Source: Nitrosovibrio sp. Nv4
GTDB taxonomy: Bacteria > Pseudomonadota > Gammaproteobacteria > Burkholderiales > SG8-39
Assembly: GCA_945906765.1 (NCBI GenBank)
Contig: CAMDRF010000001.1
Coordinates: forward strand, 12,958-76,957
Reading direction: 5' to 3'
Length of the DNA: 64,000 bases
Of this stretch, positions 57,333-64,000 are shown piece by piece. How positions within the stretch are numbered: the stretch's first letter is position 1; the number at the start of each line of letters is the position of its first letter. The notes under the pieces were generated by a model that saw nothing but the letters and a program-made list of their open reading frames with translations, made no database searches and had not been told where the DNA came from. The position numbers were made by a program, and so were the translations under genes.

Positions 57333-58798
57333 ATATCACCGAAACCTTCGCCCACCACGCGCGCGCGGTCCCCGACCGCCCGGCGATCGTGCACGGTGAT
57401 CGTGTCCTCCTTTTCCGCGACCTCGACCCGCTGGTGAGCCGGGCCGCGGCGCACCTGTACTCACTCGGCCTCGCGCCGGGGGACGTCGCCGGTGTGGCGC
57501 TCAAGGACAGCATCGAGCACCTGGTGATCCTCTCCGCCATGGCGCGCGCCGGCATCGTCATCCTGCCGCTCGACTGGCGCTGGACGCCGGCGGAGCAGGA
57601 GCGCGTGGTGGCGCATTTCGGGGCGAAGCTCGCGCTGATGGAGCCGGGGAAGCCGTCGCTCCAGAACTGTCCTTGCCTTTCCGTTTCTGAAGATTTTCTA
57701 TTCCTGGTTCAAAAACAAAAAACGGATCAAAAATTCCCCGAAGGTGATCTTCCCCTTCTGATGTCCCTGTCCTCCGGGACGACCGGCCGCCCGAAGGGCC
57801 CGCGCATCCGCCACAGCCAGTTTCTCGCGCGCTACCGGGTGTTCTGGATCAACCTGGGCTTCCACAGCCAGGACCGGTTCCTGTCGGCGACACCGTTCTA
57901 CTACGGCGGCGGCCGCACCTTTCCGCTGACGATGCTGTACTCGGGCGGCGCCGTCTACATGCTGCCGCCGCCCTACGAGCCCGAAGCGCTCTGCGAAGCG
58001 ATATCCAAGTACCGCATCACCTCGCTCTTTCTCGTGCCGACGCTGATCCGGCGCCTGCTGACGCTGCCGGCGGAGAAGCTCGCGCCGGTGCGCTCGCTGC
58101 GGCTGCTGCTGTCATCGGGCTCGGCGCTGCACGCCGAGGAGCGCCGTGCGCTGCGTGCCCTGTGCCCGGGCTTCGTCGAGTACTACAGCTCTACTGAAGG
58201 CGGCGGCGTGAGCTATCTCACCGCGGCCGATCCTGAGGCGTTCAGCGAATCGGTGGGCCGGCCGGTGTTCGGGGTGGAGGTGCAGTGCGTGGACGAGAGC
58301 CACCAGCCTCTGCCGTTGGGCGGCATCGGCCGCATCCGCTACCGCGGACCGGCGGTCGCCGACGGCTTCTGGAACGACCCGGAAGCGAGCCGCGAATCGT
58401 TCCGCGACGGCTGGTGGTATCCGGGCGACCTGGGCATGCTCGATGCGAGCGGCTACCTGACCCTCAAGGGCCGCGCCAAGGACATGATCATCCGCGGCGG
58501 CATCAACATCTACCCGGGCGAGATCGAGGCGGCGCTGCAGTCGCACCCGGCGGTGTTGGACAGCGCCGTGGTCGGCTGGCCGTCGCGCGAATTCAACGAG
58601 GAAGTCGCGGCCTTCGTGATTCTCAACGGGGAGTCGGCGCCCGCGGTCAGCCCTTCGGAACTGCGCGACCTCTGCCGCAAGTCGCTCGCGCCCTACAAGG
58701 TGCCGCGCGAGGTGTTCGTGGTGAAGGATTTCCCGCGCAACGCGCTCGGCAAGGTCATCAAGGCCGACCTCAGTGCCGGCCTGTCGCCGCTGGGATGA
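57329..58798 (+). CDS. AMP-dependent synthetase/ligase (acyl-CoA synthetase family)
   Basis: AMP motif SSGTTGRPKG, and later YPGDLG and GRAKDMIIRGG. Confidence 0.88.
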   Translation: MNITETFAHHARAVPDRPAIVHGDRVLLFRDLDPLVSRAAAHLYSLGLAPGDVAGVALKDSIEHLVILSAMARAGIVILPLDWRWTPAEQERVVAHFGAKLALMEPGKPSLQNCPCLSVSEDFLFLVQKQKTDQKFPEGDLPLLMSLSSGTTGRPKGPRIRHSQFLARYRVFWINLGFHSQDRFLSATPFYYGGGRTFPLTMLYSGGAVYMLPPPYEPEALCEAISKYRITSLFLVPTLIRRLLTLPAEKLAPVRSLRLLLSSGSALHAEERRALRALCPGFVEYYSSTEGGGVSYLTAADPEAFSESVGRPVFGVEVQCVDESHQPLPLGGIGRIRYRGPAVADGFWNDPEASRESFRDGWWYPGDLGMLDASGYLTLKGRAKDMIIRGGINIYPGEIEAALQSHPAVLDSAVVGWPSREFNEEVAAFVILNGESAPAVSPSELRDLCRKSLAPYKVPREVFVVKDFPRNALGKVIKADLSAGLSPLG

Positions 58799-58804
58799 CC
58801 GGCC

Positions 58805-59608
58805 ATGCGCATCTGGCACCAGAGCCTCACCGTTCTTGGCGACCTGCCCGCCTACGAGGCGCGCATGCAGGCGCACATCCGCAAGGTGGTGCAGCCAGGT
58901 ACCGAGGTGGTGCTGCACGGCATGCTGCCGGGCACCTATCCGGCGAACTATCCGGGCGACGACCTGGCCTACCGGTTCTTCTTCACCATGCACTCGGCGC
59001 AATGGGCGGTGCACGCGCTGAACGCGGAGAGCGAAGGCTTCGACGCCTTCGCGTTGTGCAGCTTGCCCGATCCGCTGCTCACCGAGCTGCGCACGCTGGT
59101 GGAGATTCCCGTGGTCGGCTGCGGCGAGACCTGTTTCCGGCTCGCGGCGCAGCCCGAACGGCGCTTCGGCATGCTGGTTTTCATCGAGCGCATGGCTGAG
59201 CGCTACCTGGAGCAGATCGCCTCGCTCGGCCTGTCGGCGCGCTGCGTCGGCGTATCGCCGGTGGGCTTCACGTTCAACGACGTGCTCGGCGCCTTCGACC
59301 AGCCGGGTCCGTTGATCGACCGTTTCCGGGTCGCCGCGCGCCGCATGATCGGCGCCGGTGCCGCCGCCATCATCCCCGGAGAGATTCCGCTGAATGTGCT
59401 GCTCGCCTCGGAAGGGATTGCCGAGGTGGACGGCGTGCCGCTCATCGATAGCCTGGGCGTGACGCTGCAGCAGGCCGAGGCGATGGTGGAGCGGCGCGCC
59501 ACCGCCGGCCCGCAGGCGCGTCCCGCGGGCTGGTCCACTTCCGCGCCGCCGCGCGAGCGCGTGAAGCAGGTGCTGGCCTACTACGGACTGGGGCGCTACC
59601 TCAAATGA
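58805..59608 (+). CDS. Asp/Glu/hydantoin racemase family protein (COG4126-like)
   Basis: EGFDAFALCSLPDPLLTELRTLVEIPVVGCGE resembles the HyuE-type Cys-containing core. Confidence 0.65.
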   Translation: MRIWHQSLTVLGDLPAYEARMQAHIRKVVQPGTEVVLHGMLPGTYPANYPGDDLAYRFFFTMHSAQWAVHALNAESEGFDAFALCSLPDPLLTELRTLVEIPVVGCGETCFRLAAQPERRFGMLVFIERMAERYLEQIASLGLSARCVGVSPVGFTFNDVLGAFDQPGPLIDRFRVAARRMIGAGAAAIIPGEIPLNVLLASEGIAEVDGVPLIDSLGVTLQQAEAMVERRATAGPQARPAGWSTSAPPRERVKQVLAYYGLGRYLK

Positions 59609-60315
59609 AAAGACTCGAAGGCAAGGTCGCGATCGTAACAGGCGCGGCGGGCGACATCGGCAAGGCGATCGTGCGGCGCTTTGAAGAGGAAGGCGCCAAG
59701 GTTCTGGGGGTCGACATCAGCCTGAGCGGCGCGGAGCGCTGTGACGTGAGCGACTCGGCGTCGGCCGCGGCCGCGGTGCGGACTGCTGAAGAGAGATTCG
59801 GTGCGCTGCACATCCTGGTGAACAACGCGGCCGCCCTGGTGTCGTTCGAACCGGTACATCTGCTCGACGAGCGGGAGTGGCGCCTCTCCCTGGAAGTGAA
59901 TCTTACGGGCGCTTTCCTCATGAGCAAGCATGCCGTGCCGGCGATGCTGCGCGCGGGCTCCGGAAACATCATCCATGTCGCTTCGCAGATGGGGCAGGTC
60001 GGCGCAGCCGGACGTGCAGCCTACGGCGCCACCAAGGCTGCGCTCATCCATCTCGCGAAGATCATGGCACTGGACTACGGCTCGCAGGGGATCCGCGTAA
60101 ACAGTCTCTCGCCGGGTGCCGTAATCACTAGCCGCGTGGTGGCACGCTACGGCAGCGAAGCGGCGATGAGTGCGCAGCTCGTGCCGAAGTATCCGCTGGG
60201 CAGACTAGGCACGGTCTCGGACGTCGCGCACGCTGCGGTCTTCATGGCGAGCGACGAATCCGCATTCATGACGGGCAGCGACCTGCTAGTCGACGGCGGA
60301 TACACGGCGCAATGA
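59605..60315 (+). CDS. SDR family oxidoreductase
   Basis: TGAAGDIGKA and the catalytic YGATKAA. Confidence 0.88.
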   Translation: MKRLEGKVAIVTGAAGDIGKAIVRRFEEEGAKVLGVDISLSGAERCDVSDSASAAAAVRTAEERFGALHILVNNAAALVSFEPVHLLDEREWRLSLEVNLTGAFLMSKHAVPAMLRAGSGNIIHVASQMGQVGAAGRAAYGATKAALIHLAKIMALDYGSQGIRVNSLSPGAVITSRVVARYGSEAAMSAQLVPKYPLGRLGTVSDVAHAAVFMASDESAFMTGSDLLVDGGYTAQ

Positions 60316-60343
60316 TCTTCAACCACACAGGAGGGCAGAGAGC

Positions 60344-61660
60344 ATGAACAAACGCGTGTCGGAGGAGAGCGAAGCCGCATTCATGGAGCACCTGAAGGTG
60401 ACACCCCCGGTGCAGCTTATCAACATGCCGCGTGCCTACGCGGTCATGCAGGAGCAGGGCTTGGAGGCGATGGTCGCGACCACGCACAAGAACCTTTACT
60501 ACAGTTCGGGCCACCTGCCGGATTCCGTCTACGGCGATTTTCAGGACCTCAATTCCGCGGCCGTGCTCCCGGCCAATCCGAAGGTAGAACCCACATTGGT
60601 CGCGTCAGACTACGACCTTGCGTTTCTCGTCACGCATCCGTCGTGGATCAAGCGTCTCCAGATGTTCGGCGCCAAAGAACGGTCGAGCGCAACATTCCTG
60701 CTCGAAGTGCTCAGCAAGGGTATTGGCATCGAGACCGCGCTGCGAGAACCGCTGCGTGCGTCGTATGCGGCTACGCGCGCAACCTTAGAGCCCGACGTCA
60801 ATGCGGCGGTTGCGCGCGCGGTGCACGACAGCGTTCCCTCCGGACAGGTGCGCGTGGCCTTCGACGACCTTCGGGTGGGCTACGAGGTCCGGCGCCGGCT
60901 CGGGGACCGCATCCATGTCATCGACGGTTTGCATCACTTCCGCAAGGCGCGGATGGTCAAGACCGAACCCGAGTTGGCGCTACTCCGCAAGGCGGCCGCC
61001 ATCAACGACATTGCGGTCCACGAAGCGGCCGCCGCCGCCTCGAGGGGCCGGCCGATGCTCGACATGGTCAACGCCTACCGGATGGCCATGGTGCGGCTCG
61101 GCGGCACCTATCTCGGGCGCAGAGGCATGATGTTCGGCGCGGGGCCCGACGGTGGTTTCGTTCTCGACAACGACTACGCGGAGGCGAAGATCTTGTCGAA
61201 GGGCGACGTGGTGGTATTCGACTGCTGCGGCAAGTACGAGCTCTACCACTGCGATACGGCGCGCACCGGGGTGGTCGAGGAGCCCTCGGCGAGGATGTCC
61301 AGACTTCACGAGGCGGTGCGTGAGGCGCTTGCGGCGGCCGAGGCCAAGCTGCGACCTGGCATCAACACCGAAGAATTAAAGGCCATCGCGGCAGACATCC
61401 TTTCGCGCAATGGCCTGAGCCTCGAGCTCACGACGCTCGCTTGGCACAACGTCGGCCTGGACATCGTCGAATACGCGCATCCTTCCGAGCGCACCAAGGG
61501 CTGGGTGGTCGAAGCGGACATGGTGATGAACTTCGAGATATTCCATCGTGATCCTGACGTCGGCGGCGTGCATCTGGAGGACAGCGTGCACGTCACCAGC
61601 GCTGGCCTGAATTACCTCTCTGCGCTGCCGCGCGAAGTCATCGTGACCGGCCGCGCTTGA
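60344..61660 (+). CDS. M24 family metallopeptidase-fold protein (creatinase/Xaa-Pro peptidase-like)
   Basis: 438 aa with a creatinase/prolidase-type N-domain and a pita-bread C-domain (...VVFDCCGKYELYHCDTARTG..., ...HLEDSVHVT). Confidence 0.75.
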   Translation: MNKRVSEESEAAFMEHLKVTPPVQLINMPRAYAVMQEQGLEAMVATTHKNLYYSSGHLPDSVYGDFQDLNSAAVLPANPKVEPTLVASDYDLAFLVTHPSWIKRLQMFGAKERSSATFLLEVLSKGIGIETALREPLRASYAATRATLEPDVNAAVARAVHDSVPSGQVRVAFDDLRVGYEVRRRLGDRIHVIDGLHHFRKARMVKTEPELALLRKAAAINDIAVHEAAAAASRGRPMLDMVNAYRMAMVRLGGTYLGRRGMMFGAGPDGGFVLDNDYAEAKILSKGDVVVFDCCGKYELYHCDTARTGVVEEPSARMSRLHEAVREALAAAEAKLRPGINTEELKAIAADILSRNGLSLELTTLAWHNVGLDIVEYAHPSERTKGWVVEADMVMNFEIFHRDPDVGGVHLEDSVHVTSAGLNYLSALPREVIVTGRA

Positions 61661-61685
61661 AATGCCAAACGCACAGGAGAGCTCC

Positions 61686-62645
61686 ATGATCGCTCGATTC
61701 GTTCTAACCATTGCGACACTGCTGGCCTGCGGCGCCGTCCAGGCGCAGGCTTATCCCAACAAACCCATCAAGCTCGTCGTCACCTTTCCCCCTGGTGGCG
61801 GAACCGACGTGGTGGCGCGCACTGTGGTGCCCAGAATGTCCGAGATCCTGGGACAGAGCATCGTGGTCGAGAACCGGCCCGGCGCGGGCGGCAACGTCGG
61901 GGCGGAGTTCGTCGCGAAATCCCCAGCCGATGGCTACACGATGGTGCTCGGCGCTTCGTTTATGTCGATCAACCAGAGCCTCACGCCCGGCCTGCCGTGG
62001 AATATCGCGCGCGACTTCGATCCCATCGTGCTGGTAGTCATGAACCAGAGTCTGCTCGTGGTGCATCCCTCCGTGGCGGCAACGACCGTCAAGGAATTCA
62101 TCGCGCTCGCGAAGGCGAAGCCAGGCGGCATTACCATCGCCTCATCGGGCAACGGTAGCTCGGCCCACCTGGGTGCGGAGCTGTTCAAGATGCTGACCGG
62201 GGCGAACCTTCTGCACGTGCCTTACAAGGGTGCCGCGCCAGCGCTGAACGACGTGATCGGCGGCCACGCCAACTCGATGCTGGTCGACATGGCGGTCGTC
62301 ACGCCCCACGTCAAATCCGGCAAGGTCAGAGTCTTGGGCATCGGTTCGCCGAAGCGCTTCGAAGGCATGCCGGATGTTCCGACCATCGCGGAGTCCGGTG
62401 TTCCCGGCTTCGAGGTGAGCGGCATCATCGCCTTCATGTTCCCGGCCGGCGCGCCGCCCGAGGCGATTCAGAGAATCAACGCAGCGACCAATCAGGCCTT
62501 GCAGACCACCGAGGTGCGTGAGCGGTTGACCGCACTTGCCACCATCCCCGTCGGCGGGGGGCCAGAGCGTCTCGCCGAAGCGTTTCGCATCGACGTGGAG
62601 AAGTGGGGGAAGGTCATCCGCGCGGGCAACATCAAGGCGGAGTAG
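61686..62645 (+). CDS. Bug family tripartite tricarboxylate transporter substrate-binding protein
   Basis: MIARFVLTIATLLACGAVQAQAYPNKPIKLVVTFPPGGGTD. AGGAGA lies upstream of ATG 61686. Confidence 0.88.
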   Translation: MIARFVLTIATLLACGAVQAQAYPNKPIKLVVTFPPGGGTDVVARTVVPRMSEILGQSIVVENRPGAGGNVGAEFVAKSPADGYTMVLGASFMSINQSLTPGLPWNIARDFDPIVLVVMNQSLLVVHPSVAATTVKEFIALAKAKPGGITIASSGNGSSAHLGAELFKMLTGANLLHVPYKGAAPALNDVIGGHANSMLVDMAVVTPHVKSGKVRVLGIGSPKRFEGMPDVPTIAESGVPGFEVSGIIAFMFPAGAPPEAIQRINAATNQALQTTEVRERLTALATIPVGGGPERLAEAFRIDVEKWGKVIRAGNIKAE

Positions 62646-62653
62646 CGCGGGCG

Positions 62654-63445
62654 ATGGATCTCGGGCTTTCCGGCAAGGCGGCCGTGGTCGCGGGTTCGAC
62701 CAAGGGCATCGGTCGCGCGACCGCCATTGGTCTTGCCCGGGAAGGCGCGCGCGTGGTCGTGAACGGCCGCGATCCCAAGGTGACCGAGGCCGCTGCCCAG
62801 GAGATCGCCGCGGAGACCGGCGCCCAGGTGTTTGGTGTTGCGGCCGATGTGGCCACCTCGGAAGGCGCCGAAGAGCTGATGAAGCGGGCCCATGCCGCGC
62901 TGGGCGGGGTCGATGTCCTGGTCACCAACGCCGGTGGTCCCCGGCCGGGCGGATTCGACGATCTCAGCGACGCGGATTTCATCGCCGGCTTCCAGCTCAA
63001 TTTCCTCAGCACGGTGCGCATGATCCGCGCCGCGCTGCCCCACATGCGCCAGCAGCGCTGGGGCCGCATCATCAACCTGCAATCCACCGCCATCAAGGAG
63101 CCCGTGCCGCTGGTGACGCTCACCAACAGCATCCGGCCCGGCGTCACCGGGCTGGCGAAGGACCTGGCCGGGCATCTCGGCGAGAGCCAGATCACCGTCA
63201 ACACCGTGCTCTCCGGCCCGGTGATGACCGACCGCCTGCGCGCCACCACCGCGGCGCGCGCGAAAGCCGCCGGGATCTCCGAGGAAGAGCAATGGAAGCG
63301 GTACCTCGAGCTCGTGCCGCTCGGCCGCTTCGGCAAACCGGAGGACGTCGCCGGCATGATCGTCTTTCTCGCCAGCGAAGCGGCGGGATGGATCACGGGC
63401 ACAGTGATCCAGGTCGATGGCGGCCGCATCCGTGGTGCCGTATGA
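62654..63445 (+). CDS. SDR family oxidoreductase
   Basis: MDLGLSGKAAVVAGSTKGIGRA... has an SDR-type glycine-rich nucleotide-binding N-terminus. Confidence 0.85.
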   Translation: MDLGLSGKAAVVAGSTKGIGRATAIGLAREGARVVVNGRDPKVTEAAAQEIAAETGAQVFGVAADVATSEGAEELMKRAHAALGGVDVLVTNAGGPRPGGFDDLSDADFIAGFQLNFLSTVRMIRAALPHMRQQRWGRIINLQSTAIKEPVPLVTLTNSIRPGVTGLAKDLAGHLGESQITVNTVLSGPVMTDRLRATTAARAKAAGISEEEQWKRYLELVPLGRFGKPEDVAGMIVFLASEAAGWITGTVIQVDGGRIRGAV

Positions 63446-64000
63446 CAACGAGAGATCTCGCCTTTGAGTTCGCCGAGCATGCATGCAGCAGGAGCTACGG
63501 CGATCTTCCCGCGTCGGTCGTCGCCCGGACCAAGAACTTCATCCTCGACACGGTCGGCGCGGCGATTGCCGGCTCCAGCGCCGATGGCATCGATGCGGGG
63601 CTGCAGCTCGTGCGCGAGGCGGGCGGCGCACCCCAGGCGACCGTGCTCCTCTTCGGCGACCGCCTGCCCGCCACCGGCGTCGCGATGATCAACGGCGCCA
63701 TGTGCCAGGCCCGCGATTTCGACCCGGTCTACGAGCCCGGGGTGATGCTGCCCTACGGGCCGGTCTTCGCGGCGGCGCTCGCGGCAGCGGAACTCGCGAA
63801 AGCGAGCGGCAAGGAACTGATCAATGCGGTCGCCCTGGGCACCGACGTGGCCTGCCGCGTGAGCAATGCCCTACTCAGCGGCCTGGCCTGGTCCCGGACT
63901 GCAACCCTGGGCGTGTTCGGCGCCGCGATCGCCGCGGCGCGCCTGCTGCGGCTGGACCGCGACCGGACCGTCCATGCGCTCGGCCTCGCGCTCAGCCAGT
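63441..64000 (+). CDS. MmgE/PrpD family protein, N-terminal part (continues beyond the window)
   Basis: MTTRDLAFEFAEHACSRSYGDLPASVVARTKNFILDTVGAAIAGS... The ATG overlaps the upstream TGA, and the frame is open to position 64000. Confidence 0.8.

Noticed and set aside
59605-62645. Apparent lower-GC block (SDR, M24, Bug genes) inside the operon
   Set aside because: Hand-counted GC3 of a 30-codon sample is about 80%, against about 90% elsewhere. The difference is too small to call a foreign segment without computation.

Overview
GC-rich window, roughly 65-70% GC by eye. Gene content suggests a betaproteobacterium, probably Burkholderiales-like: three Bug/TctC binding proteins, trxA-rho-rpmE2 synteny, and NrdR-box-controlled nrdAB. 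Positions 1-35,100 are mostly core housekeeping genes: proS, rppH, proB, obgE, rpmA, rplU, ispB, tRNA-Pro(CGG), a PP0621/sensor kinase/sigma-54 regulator trio, ampD, nrdAB, maeB, qor, orn, pgi, rho, trxA and fdxA. Positions 35,100-45,250 look like an accessory patch. A vapC/phd module truncates a DolP-like BON gene. It is followed by an AddB/AddA-type nuclease-helicase pair, a second vapBC module, a truncated esterase and two decayed IS fragments. Positions 45,250-64,000 are a catabolic/transport island: a PuuE-like deacetylase, a Liv-type ABC transporter, a lysR-cobW-cyclic amidohydrolase unit, and a divergent, translationally coupled operon of at least 11 genes whose substrate is unknown. 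The observations I rate highest: (1) many 40-130 bp in-frame AT-rich, rare-codon patches inside otherwise GC-rich genes, densest in addAB; (2) a non-core wedge after nrdB with a solo DUF2442 gene, a lysine-rich histone-like ORF, and a strong promoter driving a structured leader of about 225 nt; (3) a compositionally mosaic sigma-54 regulator; (4) an unusual density of gene lesions. No CRISPR array or rRNA gene was seen. All calls come from reading the sequence and from family recollection. No searches were run.
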